From the IMG/VR virus record IMGVR_UViG_3300028914_000062, positions 32,001-96,000 of that record: 64,000 nucleotides of DNA; one strand, given 5' to 3'. Origin of the DNA: a virus (taxonomy: Duplodnaviria; Caudoviricetes). Positions within the stretch are counted from its first letter, which is position 1. Each line of letters starts with the position of its first letter. A program made the position numbers and the translations under genes. The notes below the pieces were generated by a model. It worked only from the letters and a program-made list of their open reading frames with translations, ran no database searches and was not told where the DNA came from. Below are positions 22,569 through 35,500 of the stretch, piece after piece.

Positions 22569-23033
22569 TTATATAGCGGATAATTGAGTATCAATTACAC
22601 CCAATATATTGTCAACATATTGTTTTACAGCCTTGGCAGTAGGATATTGAGCATCGGTAGGCTAAGACCCAATACTGGTTACTTTATTGACAAGCAGCTC
22701 TACTCCGGCATAGGATATTGAGCTATTAACAGCAATCGTACCGTCCGCATCCTCTTCTCCTCCAATTTTAAACACAAGAAAGCTCATAGTGATTTGATTT
22801 TTATATTTAAACAAAACACCCTAGTCGCCCTCTTTGAAGGAATACTTGGACCCGTTCCTAACATTAGGAATAATGGAGCCGTTCTCTCCCTCATCGGACA
22901 GCATGCGAATATTATAGGTTCCGTCGTTATTTTTGGTAACAATCTCACATAAAGCTGTTTGATCCCATTTTTTAAGAGTCTACTAATTTAGTGTTTTAAT
23001 TGCACTAACCAGTTCAAGATATCCTGTTTCCAT
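22569..23033 (-). CDS. Baseplate/spike-like small tail protein (154 aa; not in the ORF track)
   Basis: ATG overlaps the upstream TGA; CEIVTKNNDGTYNI OB-like segment and QYPTAKAVKQYVD fibre motif; several TAGs. Confidence 0.65.
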
Positions 23034-24310
23034 CACATGCTGCCCCCTTTTCTAGCAAAATTAAAATTATTAACATTACTTACTTCAAGTGACATTACAC
23101 CATCATAATTCAAATTGAAGTTCAATCCTTGGATCAAAAACTTCTCTTGGTTCAAATCAAAAAACTCATCGGTAATTGTCACCAAATTATTAACTGACAA
23201 CAGAGGATTAAACGGCACATTACCCAAATTAACCGTCGACTTCAGAATTAATATCTTTCTCAGTTCATACTGAGCTCTTTCGTCAACCAAATATTGTGCC
23301 GTTAAATTTCCATCTGATATTGGTGGTGCAGTTCTATAACCAATTCTCTAATAACAAAGCGGAGACTCCGCATTATCATTCACCGCAATCGCTTTATATG
23401 CAGCGCTTTCACTTGAACCACCAAGTACAACTACTCGGTTAGCCACATCAGTAAACTTAAAATCAAGACTTAGATTGTCGAAATCTCCGTGATCTGATCT
23501 TAAATTATAAAGCACCGGTTTCGAAGAGTCACCAGAAACTTCGTCAAGAGGAATAACAACCAAATGCCCCTCAACATCATAAAAACATTCAGCGCCCAAT
23601 TGCATAACCAGGTCATTAACGATATCTCCTATTGTATCGCCGGCTTCGTGACTAATCTTCGCACCGGTCTTTCTTCCCTTAAAAGAAGAATGATAAATCA
23701 TTGGAAGCGGGTCCAAAGGTCTACCATTTCCCTTGGGGAAAAGTAAACAATCCCGAAGCGCCGCTTCAATATCGGAGTTTTCTGGAATGGTATAACTTGT
23801 CTCAAGTGTACCAAGCTTTCCTTCGAGGATCGCGAATTTATCGGAACAATCCAACTGCGTATCAAACTTTGAAGCCGACTCTGTTGGATTGGCCGAGTTT
23901 ATAATATAGGTTCCTTTGGGGAACCAAATGGTGGACCCCGATAATAAGTCGAGGCCCACTTTTAAACCTACTTTGGTTTCCGCCCAAATCGAATTGATAT
24001 TGGGGGTATAACGCCCATCGACGTTATTTAAACCGAAAGAAAGAGATCGACGTTGGCCCGTTTGATAATTTTCAGAATAACTACCATTATCATAAATCAA
24101 TTCTTCTGGAATAATTTCATCCTCGGTCTCATCTTCATTTAACCAAACATAACGATATCGAGGGGTCAAAACAGAGTTTTGAATCGTCCTACGGATCATA
24201 TCAAAATCTGTTTCGGCATTAACATAAGTGTCACCAACCATCATCTATGCTACAAGCTTATCACCACTGGATAACTTGTAATAAGATGATCTTGAATTTA
24301 TAGTACCCAA
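23033..24310 (-). CDS. Baseplate hub/tail protein (YomG-like), 425 aa
   Basis: TTG start after AGGAGG; GQRRSLSF, WFPKGTY, FYDVEGHL, ANRVVVLG, RAQYEL motifs; 2 TAGs. Confidence 0.7.
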
Positions 24311-24332
24311 GGCGATCCTCCTTTCTTTTTAA

Positions 24333-27300
24333 TTAATAATGCGTGCGATGAGTAGAAAAACGAGTGCCCATATGATTTGATGTAAAACGAGTGAAGTTCC
24401 AACATCCCGTCTAGCTAGGTACTGAGGTATTATATGCGGCACCTACACTTACGGCTACCGGAGTAGCAAGAGCACCGATACCAAATGCTAAACTTCCCGT
24501 AGGAGAGTTGGTGGCCCCTCCATTGGCACCTGGCATAGTTGTGTTGAAAATGGGTATTTGTCCAATCTAATTATTGCCAAAATTATAAAAACTAGGCATA
24601 GTAATATATCCCACAGCTGGCACTGGCACCCCCGTATTAATAGACGTGGCCTCAATTGTAATATTACTTGTGTAATTCAGATTGGCATCTTTTGAATAAT
24701 AATAATAGCCATTAAGTACGGTAAAATCACAACACAATTTGTCTACATTACCAAAAGGATTTTCAATACCACGATATTTACTAGGGAAAAAGAAATTTCG
24801 AGCCTAATATGGATTAACAGAGCACAAACTTCCTGTTGCCCCCAAAAGTATATCCGTACATCCTGCCACATAATATACTGGTGTAATTGAAGTGTAATCT
24901 GTAATGGTGGGACTATCAGTCAAATAAGCATCGAGATAATTATTATTTGGCACCATAGCCGCTATGGTAGAAACAAACCTATTCTATGGATTTGCAGTCG
25001 TATTAGCTGAAGAATTATTAAACGCAATATATGTGCCAGGCATTAACATTAGTTTATAATACTTACCACCGCCCGGTGACGCATTACTGCTGTTGGTAAT
25101 ATTTGGTTCGGTAATCACAATTTTTGGGTTCGAAGCTGTAGGCGTATCAATAGCCAAGGTTCTAACTCCAATCAAATAACCAGACAACGCCTCCTATATT
25201 CGAGTAATCCCATATTCGCCCATCATTAACAAATATAACATATAATGATCTGAATATTTATAGCCCACAAGCCCAGAGTGAGCATGTTCTATATCCATTA
25301 ATTTGTTAAAAGACTAATATTGAACAGGACGTTTTCCACTAATTGAGCGTAAATTACCATTATCATCACTTAATTCATACGCAGAAATAAATCCCATTGC
25401 AAAAGTTAGCTCTGAGCTATAATTATAATGCATATTAGAAACATTACAAATAGCATCTGCTATTGAGTCGTGACCGCCATAATGGTATGGGTAAATACAT
25501 ATTAAACTTATTTGTGCTGGCTATATTTTAGTAGCGGCTGTATTGTAAAATTGGAAATCTTGACTTAAATCTGAGGGGTTAAAATCTGCATAATAAAACA
25601 AAGGAATCTCAACAAACACATCTCCCTAATCGCCAACTACGCTAAAATATTTCTCCCCTTCATAAGCTACACGATTGTAGTATCCATTATTCCATGAGCC
25701 GCAACTTCTTTTAATCTCTGACCACGGATAGTATTTATCGCATTGGGTTAAAGAATGATGCTAAGCAGAAGAAATTCCGCCATAACTCCAAAGCGTTGCC
25801 CTTCTATTCGTATATACGTTTCCAGAAGGGGCGGCCAATAATGTACCTGTAATTGTCTTAAGCGATTTATTAATCTCTTGTATCTATATAGTCAAAGTTG
25901 GTTCATTAGAATAAAGAGATCTCGTAGTTCGCGACGAAGCAAAACGATACCCAAGAGAGTAAGTGTTTCCATCTGATAATCCACCACCAACACTATAAAA
26001 TACTATATCACCAATCTAAAATGGAATATCTTCGATGGATACAAAATCTGAAACAGTAAATGTTATTGGATTTCCCAATCCAATACTAGTAAGTGGATTA
26101 AAAGTGGTCGATGATCCATACTATTCAATAGATACAGTATTTAACTAAAATAGATTTCCTAGTCTCCAAGCGCCCGAGGTTCCACTTTGTGCATTAGCCC
26201 AAGCCTCTTGACTTTGAATTGCTAAGCCCGAAAATCCCCATTTAGTATTTAAAAATTGTAAATTTCTACTAAAGGTTAATCCCTATTCTTGTTCATATAA
26301 TTGTTGATGTTTATTAGGCCCCCAAAGCCATTGACATTCAATAATCTATGTATAATAATTAGAAGGCTCAATCGAACTATTATTCGATTTACCCCTAACT
26401 CTTAGCATATACTATTTACCTTCTGTAAACTATCCACTAAAACTACCTGTACCATCCTATTCGGGTAAGATAACCGGTGCTATTGCCGATTTAAGAGTCT
26501 TGGTAGGCGTCTCATAGCCAGTAATCTCTACATTATTAACGGCTGTTAGTGTCCACTCGTAGTAATCAGTTAAAGCATCGTTTTCAATAGAAAAGATAAA
26601 GTGATAAGAGTCTTCATAGGCTGGAGTTTCTAATTCGGTATTCCAGATGGTATCACCAATAAAAGCTGCGCCGTGAATAATCGGAGTGGGCAATTTAATG
26701 GTCTACATAACAGCCTGTCCCTGAGCGGTATCAATTGTATCATTCATATCCTGGCCCGTAATTAAAACATTATCACAACTTTCGATTTCTTGCCAACTAA
26801 AATTAACAAAAGAAGGCTGACATGGAACATTATCGTCTACTCTATCAGACATAGAAGTAAGCTATACAATATACTTATTACCCTTACGATCTTTCAACAG
26901 CTTCGGATTTTTTGAAGATACGAACCTGCGCCACGCTTTCAACATAGCAATAGATTTATTGCTTGTGGTTAATGGAGTGAAACGAGGCTCTTCATTATAT
27001 TCACCAGTGCAACGAACTAGTTCACTCCCAAGATAGCACGAAACAGTACCACTCATATAATTGCGCTTGCCCTGTGCCATCTTGTTATATTGAGATAAGT
27101 TTGTAACCTAATCTCGACCAACGTTCTAAGTATTTTCACCAGTCGAAACATTAAATCTAAATATCCACACACCAGATTTGTTTACCGTATATTCTTTCTT
27201 TACAGAAGGGATATCGGTAGTTGTTTCAGAAGGCAAAAGCTCAGAAAGCGACCAATTAATCATAGGAGTTTGAATAAGGGAAGTGTCTGAGGTCGTAGCA

Positions 27301-27782
27301 CTAGGATTAACTGCAGTTGTCGCAAAAACGGTGTCTTCCATATCTGTTGGATATGCAATATATTTATAAGTATGATTCGACGCTATGTTATAGTCTATAA
27401 TTTGAGGTGACTATACGTTAATGGCAACAGGATCTCTGTGTGTAACCACACCTGTCGCATTGTTTGCGGCAACTTCTTCACGATAAAACGAATAATGACC
27501 AGAAGTCTTAGAGACCCCAGAGAAAATACCAATGTTTGGAGTGGTGCGATAATTACCCGTTACAAAATTTAGTAAAGAAGACTTTTTGCTTTGTTCAATT
27601 AATTGCGAATATTGCCATTTATTTGGAAATGGTAAATGCGCACTATCATATAAATTGGAAGCAAATACATTTGTGCCAGAAGGCCATCCCTAAGCGTACA
27701 TATAATCAACATCCTATTTGGTATCATGCATATCTAAATTGTTATCGTGCCCAGACACTTTCCATGTTATATTTCTTGCCAA
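24333..27782 (-). CDS. Distal tail/receptor-binding protein with C-terminal CLec/FGE-like domain, 1149 aa
   Basis: Frame checked free of TAA/TGA; KNPKLLKDRKG distal-tail-like segment; DKYYPWSEIKR, GDVFVEIP, ISAYE, YRGIENPFGN motifs. Confidence 0.72.
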
Positions 27783-27818
27783 GAAAAACACTCCTTTCTT
27801 TTAAAATTTTAATATATA

Positions 27819-30800
27819 TTATTGTATCGAACCCGTAATTTGACGCACTTCAATTTGTATTCTAGGTGTACCGGAATAACTAAATGTAGTAATTACAGGA
27901 TTGGAACTAATATCAGGATTAGAGCTTGATAAAGTAGATAAACTATCAATATCATTAATACGAATATCAAACCCATAACGAACCATTCCCCCACCAGCAG
28001 TAAACGCAATTGGAGGATGGCGTTTAACTACCGTAAAAGGTTTTTGACCTTCTGCATAGTCGGTCCAACGCTAATTACATACGACATTAATCTAGTTCTA
28101 AATAGAAGGATCGGTAAAATCCACGTCATTATTCTAACTGCTTATGAACCGGAAACGAATAAATTTAACCGCAACACCGTCAATAGTAGAGGGAATATCA
28201 AACGTATCTGCAGATCGCACTGAACGCGAAGAGGGGCTCCAGGTATTGTCTGATTTATTTACACCAAGATACGTATAATTCGCTCCATAAGCATAACATT
28301 GGCATTTATAATTAGAATAATATTGACTAATCATATTTACAGAAATATAATCACTCACAACATCTTGACTATAGGAAGCTGCGGATATAAGGGCTCCTGT
28401 GGTATATGATAGTGCCTTGCCATTACCCTCGTTATCAGTATTAGCAAACCTATTTAAACTATTATCTTCCCAAATATGAGGAATTGGATTGCCCCCGTTT
28501 AATTTCTTCACTCTTCCATATTCTTGTCTTTGAATTGGATAGGTAGTTGGAATCAAATCCACTTCATTATCTTCCCAAATCGAATCACCATTATTTTGAA
28601 TATCAGTAGGATCTAAAACCAAACAACACGGGTTAATAGGTCTCATACTATTATATGGAGTATCCATTGGTTGATAATAAACATTACCAATTTTGATTTT
28701 ATTAGCGTTAATATATTCATCGGTCGCTTTTGGCCACCCATCGCCCTCGGCGCTCAACTATACATTAAATTGACGATAATAATGGACATTCGGATTCTAA
28801 ATATTATAATCTCCGCCACTATCTCTCCAACAAGTGTACAGAACCGGAGCACCGCTTAAATCAGAAACGATTGCGTCATCTATGGTGCCAACATAACCAA
28901 TATTACATTTTAGAGTGTTACGAGCATTTTCTAATGTACCACTACCAAGAGCATCATAATTGAGAAATCGATCGGTTGAACTGGTAAAATCGTCAGGAGT
29001 AAATATATCTATTGCCAAATATGGGTTTGACGGGTCTGAGGTTTCTACCATAAACCTTAAAATTCGACCGCGATAATTCGCGTCTAGTCTAGTAACCATT
29101 CTAAAGGTTGTTGCACCACTATCATCAGTATATAATTGATTAGTTACAGGTGTTATATTTTCATTATATCCAAAATAATATTTATATTTAACTCCGTGTT
29201 CATTGGCATCGCCGTTAACATTTGCAAACATTGATCCGTTTGAGCCAGAAACGCGCATTTTATCACCGTTATAACCTAAAGACCCATCCTAAGGTGTATA
29301 AGCTATTGCAACAGTACCCGTCTCAGTATCATAAGGAAGAATATATCCCATATCCTAAAGTGACAAAATAACGCCGTGAACATTACAATCATATTTGGCA
29401 GTAAAATCAATTTCCAAATTTTCTGGAGTAAACATTGCATCAATCTATGCGCAACTCATAAGAGAATTTCCCAACTGATCTTCTACAACTAAAATCGCAT
29501 AATACCGTTGATTTTCCATGAGCCCATAAAATACAACATTCATTAAGCCAGAAAACTTCTTACCAGTGTCCTGAATAACGTCTCCGTTCTAATCGACCAG
29601 CATCCAGCGGTACGACATCCAAGAAGCTGCCTACGGCTGCGAATATGCGCCAACTAGAGAGATAAAACGAGTATGAATAATACCTGTATATAAAACAGGA
29701 ACAGTAAACTGTCCATCTTTGGTAGAAACAGTAATTTCTTGAATGTTGTCTTCACTAACTGTTGTAAGTCCATCCTGTATATATTTTCGTCCATTTTGAT
29801 CACCAATGGTCACCGTCCGTCCGCCAAACATTTGCCCCTGTTTAACGAAGAACGCTGCGGCAGGATCAAACGACTCTATTTTCATCCAAGCGATAGCAAA
29901 CGAAACGTTCGTATCCTGACTTGCTAAACTAATTGTTTTGCCACTAATAGTAACAATTTTATTAGCATAGGATAGGCCATATCTAATAGAAGTAGAGGTC
30001 AAATTTGCACTAACTGTTCCCTATGCTGTAAAAGGAGTTAATGCAACACTATCATAAGCTTTGATATATTTTTGAATACCGGCCCCATTACCCGAATAAT
30101 CACCAGGATAGTAAGCATAGAAAGTAGAATTAGGCGCCATAGAATCAAAATTAACACCATCTAAAACCATCGATATCTTCGAACGATTAACCGTTGCGCC
30201 TGTTTTTTTAAAATACCAAATTTCTCCACCTCTAGTATTTCCGTGTTTAATATATACAGAAATACCAGACGTACTTTCAAGATTCACAACGGGAGTGGGA
30301 TCAACTTTATAAGTAACAAGATCTTGAGTTATTTCGGTTACCTCGTAAATACCCCATCCGGCACCATAAGGATTATTAAATCGCCCAACAATATAGGTTC
30401 CTACTCCAATTGTATATCCATCAATAACAATACCACCAGAGGAGGGGCAGGTAGCGCCATCCCAAACATCTGCTGTATATGGCATTGTCTATAACTAATT
30501 CCCAGAAGAATATAAATAATCCACAGAAGGAATAGGAGTATTAGAATTGTCATCAAGAGCAGAAAGTGAGGCTGTATAAGTACCCAGTCCCTCATCGCCT
30601 ATACCCAATGCAACAGTGTTATTATTAACCTGTGTGCCATCGATTAATTGGCTCGAATAATTCGGAAGTTCAGCCAGATAATTAATACCGCCCTCAACAC
30701 TAGTGGCCACTAAATCGGTAGAAGCTGTAGATTCAATATTCAAATCAAGCGAAGGGGCATCATATGCGTAAAACGCTGTCTCGTCACTCGTATTAAAATA

Positions 30801-32507
30801 TGTTTGAATATTATAAGTATAAGGATCAACCGAAGGTAACGCTGCCGCTAAAGTCTCGTGAGTAATATACCACATATCTTTATCAATAGTATTAATTGTG
30901 ATATATGACTGTGTCTATCCATTTGCGAGTAAAACACCATCGACATTTGTAAAGAAGAGGCGTTGTCCAACTTCGAGATTTACATTTTGGCCAATATAAG
31001 TTTGCGAAGGAGTATTATAACTTAAAGGACTATAACAAAGATCATAAGTAACTGTAGAATAACCTTTATAGGTTTTGCAACCTCCCAACTCTCCTTGCGC
31101 TACATAATAATACTTATCCGACTCAAGATCTGCAATTTTAGTCCATGAAGAAGAGTTTCGTTGATAAATACCAGTAGAAGCTAAAATAATATCTCCTGTT
31201 TCAACACTATATCCATCTATCGTAGTATCACCACTACTGGGAGCTCCTGTAGTGGTTTTTCTATATTGAACAGTCTCTTGTAATTTACTAGGATACAAAA
31301 TAATAGGCTATTCTTCTGTAAAATACAAAGATGAGCTTGCCGAAAAATTTTGCATCAATGGAGTATATAATGTCCCACCGTAAGAAGCTTGAGACATATA
31401 ATTGTGACCAGCTGTTGCGGCAGTAGATCCACCAAGAGCTGCACTACTTGCGTAAATAATTCTCCCAAGATAAGAAGCCCAATCCTTAAAATTACCAGAG
31501 CGGCCCCAAGTAGTTGAGTCTGCTACCCATACACCATTATATTTAGCGCTAGAGCCCTGACCCATAAGCAATACTAAATCGCCCTTTTCAAAAGTGACAC
31601 TTGTATAGGTGGTTGTTCCATTATGAACCCATGTTTCGGTGGTAGTTAATCCACTAGGGGCACCGCCAGTAAATAAGGAACCGAGAAAAGCATATTTAAC
31701 AATATCGGTGGTCGGGATATCATCTTCGCTATTACTATGTTTATACACACAGCAATAGGTGGCTCGATTAGAATTTAAAATTTTTGCATCCATCCAATCG
31801 GATACGGGATAAATATGACCAAGGGTTGCATCATAACTTTTGATATTACCACGGGCACCCACAGCCTCATATCCGCTACCCGAAGAATAGGCTAACTAAA
31901 CCCATTTTTGAACCAGTACTTCATCAGTCGGCTCAATCTATAATCTCGAGGGTGTTGTGCCGCAAACTGTACCACTAGAAATAACCAGATCATATTCTGA
32001 CGCGTCGATATTTGAATAATCAGACCATCTGGGCTCGGTAGAGTCGTACACCATGACGCCATTAGTGCCCTAATACAGCATGATTTTCCATTTATAGGTC
32101 ATACCATTATTCTTAATATCGATTGTGTCATTATTACAATCGACCCAAGTATCGGTCGCCGAACGGTAGTAAATACAGTTGTACGATAAAAGGCACATTT
32201 CATCGAATGCCTGGATCAGGGGAACCTGAATATAAGTATCGTTGACGCCGGTGTTTACGTTTGCGTCAATCGTAATGTCCAATAATTCAGACAGTGGACT
32301 AATCTTATGAGGCGCTGGATTCGGATCGTCTTCATTTAATTTGGGGAAGATCTGATTATTATTCCCATCCAGTAATATAACCTGATAGCCCGTAATATTT
32401 TTATTCGAAGTATTCACTTTACAAGTGAAATACACCGGATCGGCGCCGACCCTCATATCAACCGCAGTCAAATAGGGGTAACACTGCGTCGGCTTATAAA
32501 CTGCCAT
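27819..32507 (-). CDS. Large tail/baseplate protein, 1562 aa
   Basis: Eight ORF fragments in one frame joined by TAG; starts MAVYKPTQCYP right after the TMP; repeated IDG..GD.VL..Q..NG.Y domains. Confidence 0.75.
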
Positions 32508-32540
32508 CTATTTTCACCCTTTCTTTTAAATTTTATTAGT

Positions 32541-32564
32541 GGGGCCAGGGATTAACCTGGCCCC
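32541..32564 (-). terminator. GC-rich stem-loop after the tape measure gene (no U-tract)
   Basis: GGGGCCAGG-6nt-CCTGGCCCC. Confidence 0.5.
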
Positions 32565-32570
32565 GATCAA

Positions 32571-35500
32571 TTAACAGTGACGTGACAAATCAGCAGCTGT
32601 TTTAAGTTCTTTAACAAATTTATCAATGTTAAAGTCTTTATCAGCGTTCATCTTAATCATTAAGCTGTTAATAATAAGAGAATCCTCGGTATTCGAGGTA
32701 GAATTGTTATTAATAATGCCTTTTGCCTCAAGCGATGCGAGCGAACGTAACAGGTTTGGAGCGACTTCACCGAGAGCCCATACGTTTTTGGTAATGTCTG
32801 CGGGAACAATACCTGTGCTACTGGGTAGGGCGGTAAATGTACCCTGAGGAGTGATAATGCCTTCGGTACCATTTTCGTTTATAAAGGCAGAACCTCCTCC
32901 AAACGACAATGATCCGCTAGCAATATAAGAAGGGCCCACACCATAACCGATGCCAACGTCACCGCCCGGAGACGATGAATGACCAGAGGTCGCTACTGTT
33001 AAGGGCATAAAGTGATTATCTACTAATGTATATAATTTACCTTTTACATTAATAACATCGCCCTAGGTTTTTGCCCACTGAAGAGCATTTTCGAAAGTTG
33101 TGTCTCCTGTTAATGGGTTGCTGTCCCCCATAGATTCCAAATCTTTTAATACGGTATTATCACGATTCTAAGCGGTCATTTCACCGGCATTCCACCCAGA
33201 AATCTTATAAGTTTGGCCCCCATACGTGAATGTGGGGTTATAAAGGGGGGCCTGAACATTTGTACCCAAATAATAGGCCTGGTCCGCATAGTCTTTCTCT
33301 GATCCAGTTCCTTTAACCAACGTAATAAGCTTCTATTGAGCGGCCTGATAGGTGTCATAAGCCGCCTTCTTTTTTCGCTGTCCTTCAACGGTATTGGCAA
33401 AGTCCCCATTTATATAAGCATTATAAGCGACTTGTGCATCAGTAGCGGCAAACCCCACCTCAAGAGCGTTAAGATTTTCAACCCATTTAAAAATATCACC
33501 AAGAGACATTTTGCCTTCCCATGTCTTTTGAAGTGTTAATAAAGCGCTATTAGCCGTTTCTGTGGCACCAATAAACGTATTATATTCATTTCTCAAATCA
33601 GCGATCTCTTTAGCGCTAGCAACTTTAGAAATCATATCTTTACTATATTGAAGTTCTTTAATCTATGCTTCAATTTCAGAAAGAGTTTTGCGATTTTCAA
33701 TGTCTTCCAGTTCTTTTTGGGCGTTGGCAATGGCTTCTTGATTTGCCTCGTAAACCCAACCTACACCCTCACGCCAAACTCTTTGCTTTTGATTTCTTGC
33801 GTCTTCAAGTTTTTGCTTTGCCTTAATTAAAGTGAGTTCATATTCTCGCTGATTATTAATATCTTCAAGAGCAGCTTTCTATGCTGTAAGGTTGTCAATT
33901 TCCAACCCCAAATCATATTCGAGCACTTTTCTTGCTGACTGCACACGTTTTGCTACAGATTCTATTTCTATTGCCATAGAATTTAAATACTTTTGTAAAT
34001 AACGATACCAATCTGTCTAAGTATAATCACTTATACCTAAAGTCGCCAATTCAGATGCTCCATATCCAGCTTTTTCCAATTGAGAAAAATCAGTAATACC
34101 TAATTTTTGCCATACGTTAGCCACTTCTGTAAATCCGCTAAATTTTTTAGTCATTGTATTTATTAAAGCCTAGAAAACATAGGGACTTGTTAATTGATCT
34201 TGAGCATATTTACCTATGTATAGCTAAGTATAAGTCTCACGCAATTTCATTAAACTATTAATAGTGCTATTTCGATTGGATAAATCACCCGTAATTCCAG
34301 CCTAAGCAAATTTCGTTGATAAAGAAGTAATATCTTCTGCAGAAAGTCCTTGTCGACTATATAACTTATCAAGCATATCATCCACTTCGCTTAAACGAGC
34401 AGCCGTATCAGCAGTACTTCTAAAAACATCTTCTGAAGTAATCAAACGCATATATTCGGGCATTTGCTCCATTTTTTCTATAGCCTCTGCAGCACTATTA
34501 GTGTAAATGCCCCAAGCATTAGCTGCGGATATAACCGTCTAACTTAACGACTCTAAATCTTCTTTTAAATCGGGTGGGGTCTCGACTTGTTCGTTTAATA
34601 ATTTCCACTTAGAAACTTGTTCGTTTAATAATTTCCACTTAGAAGCTAAGGTGGTAAAAGAACCAGAAGTATCATTAAAACGCGAATTTAACGCTTCAAT
34701 TGTTTTTAAATAATTATTAATCTCTGTTTTAACAGAGGCTTTAATAGCTCCATTCTCATAAATTTCGCCTTCTCCTTCAATACCAGCTAAGGCAGCAGCA
34801 ATTTGACCCGTGATCTAATTTAACGTTAATGAATGAAGTGTCTCATCTTCCAATGTAAAAGCCATATTTTGATATGCTAACTAAATGTTGGAACCACGAA
34901 TCTCTTTTACAAGTTCATTGTATGATGTCCAATCTTGTAGCCCCTCTGATGCACCAGACATAAGATCAGAAACAACAGATTTTACTAATTTTTCCCCCTC
35001 TGTTGAAAAAGGATCTATTTCAAACGAATCTTTAAAAACCTACTACACAATCGATTCGATTTCATACTAAGGCGCTCCTCGTTGTAAAAACTCTGCGGTA
35101 AAATTGCCAGTAGGATTATATATATCTTGTCCAGCAACATTTGCCTATACAATCGAGTTCATTATCCCTTGCTTAACTAGTTCCGTAACAATGAGGTTTG
35201 CCTCACCGATACGTGCGGTTGGACTCTGGTCACTACCACGCGCAAATTCGCTCCATGCGGCCAGTGTTATAGGATTTTTCATATACAAATCAAAAATATT
35301 AATTCCCGTGGTGTCTACATATTTCTGTAAAGCCTTTGCCACACTAGACTAAAACGCTGGCTGAATCATTAATTTATCCGACCCAAATATTGTATAATTA
35401 CTCCAATCACCAGGACCAGATTTATATTCTAACTATTCTCTGGTTAATTCAGCTTTTTCTGTCTATTCAGCAATGGTATTTTCCGTATTAATAATCTACA

